From: Candidatus Heimdallarchaeota archaeon
GTDB lineage: Archaea; Asgardarchaeota; Heimdallarchaeia; JABLTI01
Direction of reading: 5' to 3'
Length of the DNA stretch: 64,000 nt
Assembly (NCBI GenBank): GCA_018238155.1
Contig: JABCTZ010000041.1
Location: forward strand, 32,001 to 96,000
A model generated the notes under the pieces. That model ran no database searches. It was not told the DNA's origin and worked only from the letters and a program-made list of their open reading frames with translations. This document shows, one piece after another, positions 1 to 10,225 of this stretch (its first letter is position 1; every line of letters starts with the position of its first letter). A program made the translations under genes and the position numbers.

Positions 1-1
1 T

Positions 2-238
2 TCATGTCTAGTATGCAAGAGAACTAAACCTATTGTAGATGAAATAAGTCAACTGTATCCTAAAGTCAAAGTCTTGGAGATACTAATTGATTCATATGAT
101 GAAAAACAGCTGAAAAAATTTGGTATAGTATTTACTCCAACTTTAGCGTTTTATGGTGAAGAAGGAAAAACAGTTCATCGCTCAGTTGGACTTATTGATA
201 AAGTAAAACTGAAAAAATTATTTGAAATGTCTATTTAA
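2..238 (+). CDS. Thioredoxin-family protein, 5'-truncated by window edge
   Basis: Not in ORF track. Frame 2 reads SCLVCKRTKPIVDEI...FGIVFTPTLAFY...EMSI*, with a CxxC motif and the cis-Pro 'TPT' motif; stop TAA at 236-238. Confidence 0.8.
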   Translation, partial: SCLVCKRTKPIVDEISQLYPKVKVLEILIDSYDEKQLKKFGIVFTPTLAFYGEEGKTVHRSVGLIDKVKLKKLFEMSI

Positions 239-273
239 CTTAACATTTATGAGATTAAATTTGGTGAAATAAA

Positions 274-1818
274 ATGGATAAGAAAAAATGCCCCGAATGT
301 GAATTTATTGATGGAAAAATAATTGATGGATTAGAATTTTTTGATAAAGATCTTTTGATTTATCAAAACAAAGGATTTGCAGCGTATTATTCAAATAATC
401 CTGTAACAAATCGTCATATAATTATTCTCCCTAAAAACCATCATTTTCGAATATTAGAATTTACTCCAAAAGAGTGGAAAGAATTCGGTGAATTATTACA
501 GAATATAGGTGTAGCCAGTTCTATGAGATCTTTCAATTTAGCAGTTCATAGTGGAATTGAATTTGGAAAGCACTTGTTAATTCATCTTCTACCATCAGGA
601 AAAGAAGGGTATAAATTAGAATTAGAACCTAAAGGCAAAATAGATGCAAAGAAAAAGAAAGAGCTAGTATTGTATTCAAATGAGTCAAAGTTAAAAATGC
701 CTATAAAAGGCCGCACAATTATGCTAGAAGAATCAGCTCCCAGAAAGAAAGATATTCCATTTGAAGATATTATGCCTGGGATGCCATGTTTAGTTCATGG
801 AAAGAGGCACAATTGTGAGTTTGCTCCTCCAAAAGATGCAATATCACCAATTTACGAACCAAAGTTTGTTGAAATAGCCAAAGTGGATTATGTTAAAGAC
901 GATGATTTAGTAGCTTCTGTCACTATCAATGGAGAAACAAGAGCTTATCCAATACGATTTCTTGACTTTCATGAAATTGTAAATGATTCTATTGGAGACA
1001 CTCATTTTGCAGTTAGTTATTGTCCATTGTGTGCTTCAAGCTTAGTATTTAATAGAAAAATAAATCCTGATAAACCTCCATCGAAGTTTGGTGTTAGTGG
1101 TTTTCTTTATCAGTCAGATTTATTGATGTTTGACCACGAATCAGATAGTTTATGGAGTCAAATTGAAGGTGAAAGTATCTATGGTAAATACCTCGGAAAA
1201 GAGCTTGATTTAATACCATTCCAATTAATGAAATGGAAAAGCTGGAAAACAACCTATGTTAACGGAAAAGTTCTTTCAATAGATACTGGATTCTCTCGAG
1301 ATTATACTCATTATCCTTATGGCGAATATATGACAATGGAAAAAACCGTTTTCCCAATAAAAAGAAAAGATGAAAAGAATCGTCTCCATCCAAAGACAAT
1401 GGTCTACGGATTAGAATCTGAAGGAGTAGCAAAAGTTTATCCGGAGGATTATATTTTGGATCAAAAAATACTCCATGATACAATCGGTAAAACACCAATA
1501 GTAATCACTGTAAATCAAGCTGAAGGTGTTTTAGCTTTTGAAACTACTATTGCAGGTAAGAGTTTGACTTTCAAACGAACAGATGATGGATTATTAGATA
1601 AAGAGACAAATACAAAGTGGAATTTTCTAGGTGAAGCTGTTTCTGGACCAAAGAAAGGTTCGATGCTAAAAATCAGACCAGACTTATTGCGAATGTTCTA
1701 CTTTGCTTGGGTAGCATTTAATCCAAAGGTTGAAGTAGAAATTTATCAAAATATTCACGAACGACCAACATGGAAAGAACGCCTTTTCAGTAGATTCAAG
1801 AAAGAAGAAAAAAAATGA
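274..1818 (+). CDS. Degenerate HIT domain fused to DUF3179 domain
   Basis: N-term CPEC, PVTNRHIIILPKNH and HLLIHLLP are HIT-like. C-term RAYP...HEIVND...YCPLC...FGVSGFLYQSDLLMFD...SLWSQ...FAWVAFNP are typical DUF3179 motifs. Confidence 0.8.
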   Translation: MDKKKCPECEFIDGKIIDGLEFFDKDLLIYQNKGFAAYYSNNPVTNRHIIILPKNHHFRILEFTPKEWKEFGELLQNIGVASSMRSFNLAVHSGIEFGKHLLIHLLPSGKEGYKLELEPKGKIDAKKKKELVLYSNESKLKMPIKGRTIMLEESAPRKKDIPFEDIMPGMPCLVHGKRHNCEFAPPKDAISPIYEPKFVEIAKVDYVKDDDLVASVTINGETRAYPIRFLDFHEIVNDSIGDTHFAVSYCPLCASSLVFNRKINPDKPPSKFGVSGFLYQSDLLMFDHESDSLWSQIEGESIYGKYLGKELDLIPFQLMKWKSWKTTYVNGKVLSIDTGFSRDYTHYPYGEYMTMEKTVFPIKRKDEKNRLHPKTMVYGLESEGVAKVYPEDYILDQKILHDTIGKTPIVITVNQAEGVLAFETTIAGKSLTFKRTDDGLLDKETNTKWNFLGEAVSGPKKGSMLKIRPDLLRMFYFAWVAFNPKVEVEIYQNIHERPTWKERLFSRFKKEEKK

Positions 1819-1880
1819 CAAAATGCAGGATTATTTCTGCATTTTACCATAACAATAACTTTAAAGAAAATAATTGAACA

Positions 1881-2867
1881 TTGTTTGAGGTAGAACAGAA
1901 AATGTTACGAAATAAAGAACAGGATGCTGAAAAATCAATAATGCTTGAAGGTATTGTATTTCCTTGTGATATTTGTAAAGAAGATATTGTAATAGGAAAC
2001 TCATCACAAGGAATAAAAGTCATCTCTAAACAAACAAATTTGGATGACTTCTTTGGTACATTGGAAACCTATCACATTGAATCAGCATGTGAAGCGAATG
2101 AAATCCACGTGAATATTGTTGTAATTGATGGTCAAAAAAGATATCGTGGGCACAAATATTCTACAATAAAAACATCTGAACCTGTCGAAAAAAAGCACAG
2201 AGGTAATATTAGACTGCTATTAGGTATTGGAAAGGATTTAGCAAAAATCATTTCTTCCTCTCTACAAGGATGCTCTTTAATTCTATGTGGTGATTCACCA
2301 ACAACAACTTTGTGGGCTAACACTCTCCAAGAATTATTCACTTTATCCCCTTTTATACGTAGAAAATGGATTATTTCTGAAACTGAATTCAAAAGAAAAT
2401 TTGATTTAAATCCCATAAAAGAAGCAGGTGAATTTATTTTAATTGATGATAGTTTACTCAAAATTGTTCGAAAAAAATACTCTAAGATTACAGTAGTTGA
2501 TTTAAGGAAAAATAAAGTATATAATGCCAAGGAAAAAGAATTTGCTAAAAATTTTGTTGCTGCTGTTATGAGAATCCCAGAAACACAACATGAAGCAGTG
2601 TTGAACTATGTTACTATTCAAGTTGAATGGTTGAAAAGATTACTAGAAGAATTGAAAGGAGAAATGGATAGTTCGATAGTAGAAACAGCTGCATGTCCAA
2701 TAGGTAATTTAGCTGAAACGGTAAAGATAAACGCCGTTTTAGATCAAGTTATTACTGAAAAAGTATTAGGTGACTTGAGAGCAAGAATGAGACCAGAAGA
2801 ATTTGAGATTGTTATTGCACATCTTTTAAGAGAAGTACCGGCATTAAATGAAATTGTTCATCATTGA
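1881..2867 (+). CDS. Putative Zn-binding N-terminal domain plus DENN/folliculin-like core; possible GTPase regulator
   Basis: CDIC...H...H at N-term; LAKIISSSLQGCSLILCGD...TLQELF and ITVVDLRKNKV resemble the cDENN core; lies 15 nt upstream of a small GTPase. Confidence 0.45.
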   Translation: MFEVEQKMLRNKEQDAEKSIMLEGIVFPCDICKEDIVIGNSSQGIKVISKQTNLDDFFGTLETYHIESACEANEIHVNIVVIDGQKRYRGHKYSTIKTSEPVEKKHRGNIRLLLGIGKDLAKIISSSLQGCSLILCGDSPTTTLWANTLQELFTLSPFIRRKWIISETEFKRKFDLNPIKEAGEFILIDDSLLKIVRKKYSKITVVDLRKNKVYNAKEKEFAKNFVAAVMRIPETQHEAVLNYVTIQVEWLKRLLEELKGEMDSSIVETAACPIGNLAETVKINAVLDQVITEKVLGDLRARMRPEEFEIVIAHLLREVPALNEIVHH

Positions 2868-2882
2868 ATTGAAGGTTATACC

Positions 2883-3491
2883 ATGTCAGAAAAAAGAAAT
2901 CATACAGAAGATTACTTACTGTACCTTAAAATAACAAAGGATTTATTCAAATTTTGTGTTATAGGTGACGGTGGGGTTGGAAAATCAACTTTTATTAATT
3001 TCTTAACGACAGGTCAATTAGCTTCAAATTTTAAAGTAACACGAACCCCCTACATAAATATTGATGGCTGTAAACTTGGAGGACACACTATTCAATTATA
3101 TGATCTAGCTGGGCAAAGAAGAACTGATGCTCATCCCTTAGATCACATGCAAAATGTTATTTTAAAAGGAACAGATATAATATTGTTTTTCTTTTCGCTG
3201 GAAAATCTAGAATCGTTTATCAACATTAAAAAATGGTATGAAGAAATAAAAATATTCTATAAAGATTGGGAAAATGATAGACCACTCTTATTCCTTATAG
3301 GAAATAAACTCGATTTACCTAGAAATGTCGAATCTTTTAATGGGGAAGAGTTAGTTGAAAGAATGAATGATTTTGAGGTTTATCACGAAATTTCTTTGTT
3401 TTCTGGTAAAAACGTTGAAGACTTTTTGAAAATCCTTTGCGACAAACTAGATGAACAATTCCAAAATCTTAAAGAAATAGCTGGTTTGTAA
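2883..3491 (+). CDS. Ras-superfamily (Rab-like) small GTPase
   Basis: G1 GDGGVGKS, G3 DLAGQ, G4 NKLD, G5 EISL; no C-terminal prenylation cysteines. Confidence 0.92.
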   Translation: MSEKRNHTEDYLLYLKITKDLFKFCVIGDGGVGKSTFINFLTTGQLASNFKVTRTPYINIDGCKLGGHTIQLYDLAGQRRTDAHPLDHMQNVILKGTDIILFFFSLENLESFINIKKWYEEIKIFYKDWENDRPLLFLIGNKLDLPRNVESFNGEELVERMNDFEVYHEISLFSGKNVEDFLKILCDKLDEQFQNLKEIAGL

Positions 3492-3846
3492 AAAAAATTC
3501 TCTCTGAAAATGAAAGCTATACTTTAATTCTTGATATACTCATTGATGTATCCTGATAAAAACATTCCAATATAATAGTTATACTAATTATTTTTCTAGC
3601 TGTAGTTATAATTGCTTAATTGATCAATAAAAATAGAGATTTTCATTAGTTATTTTTTACAATATTTTTTGAATGGGTTTCAATTTTAAACTCAAGATTC
3701 AGAAGAGTAAACTATTTAATTAAGTATTTTGATAAATAAACACAATTAGGCCAAATATAGAGATCAATAAATAAGGGTGTTTATCACATCCTTTCAGTCT
3801 CTATTTTCAGAATATTTATCTTGGAATAAATTATTCAATTATTGAG

Positions 3847-4749
3847 GTGTTTAATGTTAAAACAAAGAGGATATATGTTTTAATACTAATCGGAGCTATC
3901 TTTTGTATAAGTAATAATATCAATCATGTGAATGGAGAATATCAAGTAAGTATTGGTGAAATATATCAATATGATATCATTAAAGCAGAAGTTAATAGCA
4001 CTTTCAATGGACATTTCGAAACTGGTTCAGGATATACTATAGACTCCAATCATTTAGAAGAAAATACTATGGTCTCTTATGAGATAACTGAGGTAAACAC
4101 ATTAGGGGTTTTTTGGAATCTTTCAAGTGGTGGTTTTTCTCATAATCATGTCTCGGATGATACAATTATAAATTCATATGAAAATCTACTCACACAATGT
4201 TTTGCGTTGCCAAAAATATATGATCCAATTCATTCAGATATAGAGAATGGAACAGGGCTAGTATTCTACAGTCCGTTTATTGATCCAATAAATGAAAATT
4301 GGGAGATAATCAAAAATGTTGAGGATTATGTAGAAAATACAATCGATCTTTTAACAGACACAAAAATAACTTATGAGATGGATTCACTTTTAAAAGAATC
4401 AAATTCAAAACTCTCAATAGAATTTGTTCTTGGAGGAACAATTGATGGCAAATGGGCAAATGTACCCATCAATGCAAAATTTATGAACCATTTACTAATT
4501 GAATTTGATAAAATAAATGGTGTTTTCCTTGGTTTGAGAATGAAATCAAGCATTGATGGTTCTTATAACTCCAATACAGTTAATATTACAATTTCTTTCC
4601 AATCAGAAATGAAAGATTATAATATACCATCTTTTACTAAAAATGATATAACAAAAGTATCAGGTGTTTTTGGAGAAGGAATATTAATTGGTTTAAGCTC
4701 GTTACTAATTCTAACGATTTTAGTTTCAAAGAGAAAAGAAAGTAGATAA
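3847..4749 (+). CDS. Secreted, C-terminally anchored surface protein (choice-of-anchor S-like)
   Basis: Signal peptide, beta-rich body with FDKINGVFLGLRM, C-terminal TM followed by KRKESR; similar to 38261-39199. Confidence 0.6.
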   Translation: MFNVKTKRIYVLILIGAIFCISNNINHVNGEYQVSIGEIYQYDIIKAEVNSTFNGHFETGSGYTIDSNHLEENTMVSYEITEVNTLGVFWNLSSGGFSHNHVSDDTIINSYENLLTQCFALPKIYDPIHSDIENGTGLVFYSPFIDPINENWEIIKNVEDYVENTIDLLTDTKITYEMDSLLKESNSKLSIEFVLGGTIDGKWANVPINAKFMNHLLIEFDKINGVFLGLRMKSSIDGSYNSNTVNITISFQSEMKDYNIPSFTKNDITKVSGVFGEGILIGLSSLLILTILVSKRKESR

Positions 4750-4762
4750 TTACTTTCTTATT

Positions 4763-5638
4763 TCAATTTTTTTGAATGAATTCAATTACAAGTTCAGAGA
4801 CAATATTAGCTCCCTTGGAATTCAAATGAAGATTATCAGTAAATAAACTAAAATTATATTCTTTTGATAGAGTATCAAAACTCTTTCGTAAAAGGAAGTG
4901 TTTAATAGCGATTTCTTCAACTAGACGATGATTTGTCCCATATTTTGGTTCAGATGGGTTTTGATTTAGAAATTCAATCATTTTTTCATTTACAGGTAAG
5001 TATTGAACTTTGTATTCCTTTGCAATGCCTTGGATTAACTTTGAAAAAGTAATTGTTTGTTTAAACGCGAGTGCAGATTGATCTTCTCCTAGAGGAGGAA
5101 TGGAACAAAGAGCAATTTTAGCATCAGTTTTTTGCAGTAATTCTTTTACTATTTCTTCAAGATTATCACTAAACCATTCTTTACTTGCCTTTTTTGGTAA
5201 ACTTAATCTCTTTTCACTTGATTGTACATTAAACAATTCTATTTCACGATGCGCATCATTTGAACCAATCATTATTGTGATAAAATCAGGTTCGCATGCA
5301 ATTATGCTCTCTACTCTTCTAAGAACATTGTAAGCAAGTTCAGAATTCATTCCAGCGTTGATATAATCATAATTCTTTCTTCCAATTTTTTTAGAAATCA
5401 ATTCAATGTAATTTACACTCAAATTTCCATGTGTTAAACTATCTCCAACAAAAACAATTCTTTTTTTAGCTTTTTCCGACCCAGCATTTTTTTTCAAATA
5501 GTTGTAGGGATTGTCTTTAGGGAAATGGTGTATCTTCCATAGAATACTTTGGTAATAAATAAAAAATGAAGACCCTAACAGAATTACTATTCCAAGAACT
5601 GCTAGTAATATAATATAGATCGTTTCCATTTTACTCAC
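4763..5638 (-). CDS. SGNH/GDSL hydrolase with N-terminal membrane anchor
   Basis: VFVGDSLT, NAGMNS, IGSND, DNLHLN blocks. Confidence 0.92.
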   Translation of the reverse strand: MSKMETIYIILLAVLGIVILLGSSFFIYYQSILWKIHHFPKDNPYNYLKKNAGSEKAKKRIVFVGDSLTHGNLSVNYIELISKKIGRKNYDYINAGMNSELAYNVLRRVESIIACEPDFITIMIGSNDAHREIELFNVQSSEKRLSLPKKASKEWFSDNLEEIVKELLQKTDAKIALCSIPPLGEDQSALAFKQTITFSKLIQGIAKEYKVQYLPVNEKMIEFLNQNPSEPKYGTNHRLVEEIAIKHFLLRKSFDTLSKEYNFSLFTDNLHLNSKGANIVSELVIEFIQKN

Positions 5639-5655
5639 TTTAGTGATTTATCTAT

Positions 5656-8259
5656 CTACTGTTTTTTTGAAAGATTATTTTCTATCTTAGATAATCTTTC
5701 TTTGATTTTTCGATTTTCAGTTTGAAGCTCTTCTATAGTTCTCTCCAATGGTTTTAAGTCACTATTATCCTTTGTTTTACTTAGGGCTCGTATAGAACAT
5801 TTTGCTGCTCGTTTAACATGATGCAAATGAAACATTTTTTCAGCTTGATTTAAAGAAGGAATAAGTGATATGTCACCATAACTACTAATCGCAGAAATAG
5901 TGGCTCGAGATACCCGATGAGACTTGTCATTTAGCAAAGTTTTCTCTAAAATTGCCTTGATTTCAGGGTGCTCCTTTTTACATAATTTCCCTAATTTGGC
6001 AAGGTGAACTATTATTTCACGCCTACAATGATCACTTTTACCAACCTCAAAATAGGGGAGTAAGATATCAATTGCTTCTTTTTTCTCAGAGGCAGCAATT
6101 CCGGAAAGATATCCTCTTAGAACTATATCAGTCCAACTACTTTCTATTTTTGGTAAGCGTTCAACCAATATTTTCAAGGAATTTTTATGTTTAATTTTAC
6201 CAATAGAAGTTGCTGCTGCAGCTACAACGAAGTAAGAATCTGTATCATCTAACATTTTTACTAATGAATTAAAAGCTCTTTCTTCTTTGTAGAAATTTCC
6301 CAATGCAGCTGCAACTTTACTTCTAGCTCTACTATCTTGTATTTTCACTGCTTTGATAAGCCCACTTAAAGCTAGCTGTGTTTTCAAATTTCCTAAAATA
6401 GTGGCAATTTCAACCTGTACACCCCAAAATTCCTCTGTCAAAATTGCTTTTGAAAGACTGGCAACTGCTTTGTATGTTGCCTTTTTACCTAAGGCTTTTG
6501 CAGCACGAATTCTCATTATTACATTGGAACCATTTTTCAATTGATGTATCCACATATCGATTGGTTTTTCGATTTTTACATCAATCAAAACAGCATAATC
6601 TGGATCAAGTTCAATTGTAGCCGGTTTTGATTCTACTGGCAAATAAAAGAAATGGATTCTTTCTGTAATTTCATTAAAGTATTGTTTTTTATTTCCGTTT
6701 TTATCTATAATCTGTATAGTAAATGGAAATCGAAATACTTCTGGAGTACCTTCAACATTTTGTGTTTGTTCAATTTTAACTACTACTTGTAAGTTTTCGC
6801 TATTATAAGAGCATTTTATTATTACTTCAGGATAACCCGCTTTGTATAACCATTGATCAAAAAACCAATCATAATCATTTCCGGTAATTACCTCGAAAGC
6901 TCTTTGAAAATCAACTGTTTCAATAGAAGTGTAAGCATGTTGTGTTAAGATGTAGCTTAATACTTGCCACCAAGTTTTTTCTCCAACAAGATGCTTAAGC
7001 ATATAATATCTCCAGGCTGCCCCTGGATATAAATGCGCATCAAAAACATCCATACCAAACATCCATTTTGTTTGAACAATAGGTCTTCTGTATTTATTCT
7101 TATCCTCATTGAAATACGATTCTTGTTTTCCAAATTGCTCATAGAGATATTCATCTACTCCCAAATCGAATTTTTTCCATTCATTTTGTAATTGAGTTGC
7201 TCCACCTTCGTTGATCCAACCATGTGACCATGATTTGCAAGTTATTAAATCACCTATCCATTGATGGACTAATTCATGAACTACAAGCCCCTCGAAAGTA
7301 ATATCTTTGTGAGCTTTTTCATCGTGCATGATAACATCAGTCATTGTGGTAACACTGGTATTCTCCATACCACCAATAATAAAATTAGAAACACATACTT
7401 GACCGTATTTTTTCCATGGATATTTAACAGCTAATTTTTCTTCTAAAAATGCAATCATCTTAGGTGTTTTACCAAAAGTTCGATATACTGTTTCTTTATC
7501 GTGTTTATTCTCAGCATAATAATAAACATCAAGATCACCGGATTTTTCTTTATAGATTTCATATTTACCTACAGCTAAAGTAATCAAATAAGCTGGTAAA
7601 GGTTTTTCTTGTTTCCAGTGGAATGTTTCTGTTTTATTTTTATTCTTCTTTTGAGAAAGTAATTCTCCATTAGAGATAGCATAAAATCCTTCGGGCACTG
7701 TAACAACCATTTCAACAGGGAATTTATAACTTGGATGGTCATAAATTGGAATTAGATATCTTGCATAGTCATCTTGAAAATGTGTCCAAAATTGTTCGCC
7801 AATTTTTGGAAAGTAACGATTTGGTTTAATAAAAAAACCGGCAACTTGAGGTTCAACGACCTTGTAGTTAAATGTAAGAGTTACTTTACATCCCTCACAT
7901 GTTTCTTCATTTAAAGTAATGTAAAGAGTATGATTCTCAGAATCATGTTCAAAGAACAATTTGTTTTTGTTCTGATCCTTTATTTCGAGTATTTTGATTT
8001 CAGCTGCATGTAATTTAATTACCTTAAGATTTGTTATTTTTGATACTAGTGAAAGTTCGTTTTTTGCTGTTATTGTTGAAGTTGCAAAGTCCACTTTCCA
8101 AGTCATTTTTAGGTTCTCGATCAAGAAATGTCTTGGTGGTTGCCATTGGTCTTTTGCTTCTGGAAACGTGAAATCAGTTCTTTCCATAGCAAATGTTTGT
8201 TCAGCCTCTGCATATTGTCCTTTCAATAGAGTCTCGAGATAATCATGAAAATCTGTCAT
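5656..8259 (-). CDS. pepN: M1 family aminopeptidase with C-terminal HEAT repeats and coiled coil
   Basis: GGMEN and HELVH-x18-E zinc motifs; HEAT-like repeats. Start taken at ATG 8259 (ORF is open to 8304). Confidence 0.9.
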   Translation of the reverse strand: MTDFHDYLETLLKGQYAEAEQTFAMERTDFTFPEAKDQWQPPRHFLIENLKMTWKVDFATSTITAKNELSLVSKITNLKVIKLHAAEIKILEIKDQNKNKLFFEHDSENHTLYITLNEETCEGCKVTLTFNYKVVEPQVAGFFIKPNRYFPKIGEQFWTHFQDDYARYLIPIYDHPSYKFPVEMVVTVPEGFYAISNGELLSQKKNKNKTETFHWKQEKPLPAYLITLAVGKYEIYKEKSGDLDVYYYAENKHDKETVYRTFGKTPKMIAFLEEKLAVKYPWKKYGQVCVSNFIIGGMENTSVTTMTDVIMHDEKAHKDITFEGLVVHELVHQWIGDLITCKSWSHGWINEGGATQLQNEWKKFDLGVDEYLYEQFGKQESYFNEDKNKYRRPIVQTKWMFGMDVFDAHLYPGAAWRYYMLKHLVGEKTWWQVLSYILTQHAYTSIETVDFQRAFEVITGNDYDWFFDQWLYKAGYPEVIIKCSYNSENLQVVVKIEQTQNVEGTPEVFRFPFTIQIIDKNGNKKQYFNEITERIHFFYLPVESKPATIELDPDYAVLIDVKIEKPIDMWIHQLKNGSNVIMRIRAAKALGKKATYKAVASLSKAILTEEFWGVQVEIATILGNLKTQLALSGLIKAVKIQDSRARSKVAAALGNFYKEERAFNSLVKMLDDTDSYFVVAAAATSIGKIKHKNSLKILVERLPKIESSWTDIVLRGYLSGIAASEKKEAIDILLPYFEVGKSDHCRREIIVHLAKLGKLCKKEHPEIKAILEKTLLNDKSHRVSRATISAISSYGDISLIPSLNQAEKMFHLHHVKRAAKCSIRALSKTKDNSDLKPLERTIEELQTENRKIKERLSKIENNLSKKQ

Positions 8260-8414
8260 TAGATGTCCCTTCAATTTTTCTTCTTTGAACAAGATAATAT
8301 TCAAGAATAATAATCTTTTAATTAAAATAGTTTAGCTTTTAAAAGAAATATCTGTCACTGACTTTAATGAAGAAAAAAAGAAGAAGATAAAGAAAAGAGA
8401 AAATAGAAATTTCA

Positions 8415-9509
8415 TTATAAAAATTTCAATAGGTTTACTTTTCGTTTAATTGCTTTTTTGATCATCCAAAAATTGAGGTTCTTTGGTGGTTTAGAAATAT
8501 CCTTCTCTTTTTTTGGTACTAAGGACATTGCTTCTTCAGGACAAACCATTGCACAGACACCACATCCAACACAGCGTTTGTTAACTGTGCAAACACCATC
8601 AATTATTTCAAGCGCATCGAATTGACATCGGTCTAAGCAAGTCCCGCACCCTGTACAAGATTCCTCTTCTATTTGCAAAAGGAAATCTGATTTAACAAAA
8701 GCATTTGGTTGATCATATTTGATTAATGCGCCCATGACTCCACAACAACAAGTACAACAATTACAAATGTAACTTTGACCTTCACTAATATTTGCAGTAG
8801 AATGGATTAAACCTGCTTCTTGCGCTGATTTCAAAACATTCAAAGCTTCCTCTTTTGTTATTGCTCGAGTGTCATGACATTCATTGTAATCTTTGTCTTC
8901 ATCACCTGAAAACATAATACAAACACTAAGAGGATACTCACATGCATTATCAAGTAATATTTGTTGCTTTCTGCAGATACAATCTCTTACACCCCAACTT
9001 TTAGCATTCATAAGAAGCTTTTCCGCTTCGTTTCTAGTATGGATTGCTAAATCAGTTTTTATTGTGCTCCTAACAGGAATAATTTTATGAATAGCTGGAG
9101 GGTCAGAAAAAAATACATCGCCTCTAGTTTTTTCAAAATACTCTTCCATCAATGCAGAAAATTCCGCATCTATTCGATGTATTTGTTCTTCGTATATTCC
9201 GACAACAAAAGGCATAAGACCATAAATTCGTCCATTCTCCGTATCGCTATAGCGAATTTGTCCCTTTTCTCTCATAATCTCTATTTTTTCTTTCAATTTC
9301 TCAATTGACATCTTCAATCTTCGAGCTATTTTCTCAACTGGTTCTTTTATTAACTTCATTTTACAAGCAATTTCAGCTTCTTCCGGAGTGAAGATCCATT
9401 CAAGAACTCTTAAATGAATACCATCTTTTGTATGAGGAAAACCGTTAGGAATTTGATTCAGTAATCTTGCAAGTTTCTCGTAGGGGGAACGTTTTCTAAA
9501 TAGAGCCAT
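8415..9509 (-). CDS. HTH plus Cys-rich Fe-S protein with 2x[4Fe-4S] dicluster domain
   Basis: CICR, ICNCCTCCCG, CTGCGTCLDRC and CVGCGVCAMVCP. Confidence 0.85.
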   Translation of the reverse strand: MALFRKRSPYEKLARLLNQIPNGFPHTKDGIHLRVLEWIFTPEEAEIACKMKLIKEPVEKIARRLKMSIEKLKEKIEIMREKGQIRYSDTENGRIYGLMPFVVGIYEEQIHRIDAEFSALMEEYFEKTRGDVFFSDPPAIHKIIPVRSTIKTDLAIHTRNEAEKLLMNAKSWGVRDCICRKQQILLDNACEYPLSVCIMFSGDEDKDYNECHDTRAITKEEALNVLKSAQEAGLIHSTANISEGQSYICNCCTCCCGVMGALIKYDQPNAFVKSDFLLQIEEESCTGCGTCLDRCQFDALEIIDGVCTVNKRCVGCGVCAMVCPEEAMSLVPKKEKDISKPPKNLNFWMIKKAIKRKVNLLKFL

Positions 9510-9710
9510 TTTATAATCACTTGCTTTTTAATATTCTTGAAATATATAAAGTTAGTATTGTTTTACTGTTAAAGAATCGTTTCATTTAGAAAATGTTACC
9601 AGAATGAGTATAAAGAAATGAATTATTGTTAGTTTCTCAATAGTAGAAGTTTGTTCTAAAGTTAATTAAGGAAAAGTAAAAATTAATACAAAACAAATTT
9701 ATGAGTTGAT

Positions 9711-10079
9711 TTGATGACACTAGAAAAAGTATACAAATTAATTGAAGAAAGAAAAGATTTGGCGGAATTTATCGCCATTCCGTCCGTCTCTGCAAAAGAA
9801 GAATTCTTAGTGGAAGCAGCAGAGTTTTCTAAGAAACTTTTAGAAAAATATGGCTTTAAAGCAAAAATTCATGATACTGGTGGAGGACCCGTTGTAACGG
9901 GCATTATTGATGTCGGTGCAAAAAGAACGTTGATGTTTTATGATCATGCAGATGTTCAACCTGCAGAACCTTTTGATTTATGGGACTCTCCACCTTTTGA
10001 ATTAGCAATTAGAGAAGGACGAATGTATGGTTGTGGTGTTGCTGATAATAAAGATTTGAAGAACAAATCAGGCTCTTAA
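9711..10079 (+). pseudogene. M20 (ArgE/DapE-like) peptidase, N-terminal fragment
   Basis: IPSVSA, LMFYDHADVQP, WDSPPFEL...GRMYGCGVADNK, then homology is lost and a stop follows. Confidence 0.8.
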
Positions 10080-10126
10080 GAGAAGAAGGGCATATAGTGT
10101 ATGAAGATGGAAGATTAAGACTGTAA
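10052..10126 (+). pseudogene. 3' remnant of an unrelated gene at the left junction of the insert
   Basis: Reads RFEEQIRLLREEGHIVYEDGRLRL* with no start codon; an agactg/cagtct hairpin and T-run follow. Confidence 0.4.
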
Positions 10127-10225
10127 TCAAAAACAGTCTCTTTTATTGCCTGAAATTGTTGCTTTTACCTCTGATTATCTTTATATAATATCTTGATATG
10201 TAATTTAAGATATAGGAGATTAAAT

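Noticed and set aside
1018-1032. Selenoprotein form of the DUF3179 domain
   Set aside because: Both Cys in YCPLC are encoded by TGT.
3495-3845. Possible remnant ORF (SNIIVILIIFLAVVIIA*) or ncRNA in this intergenic gap
   Set aside because: No start codon, very AT-rich and no convincing structure; hydrophobic translations arise by chance in such DNA.
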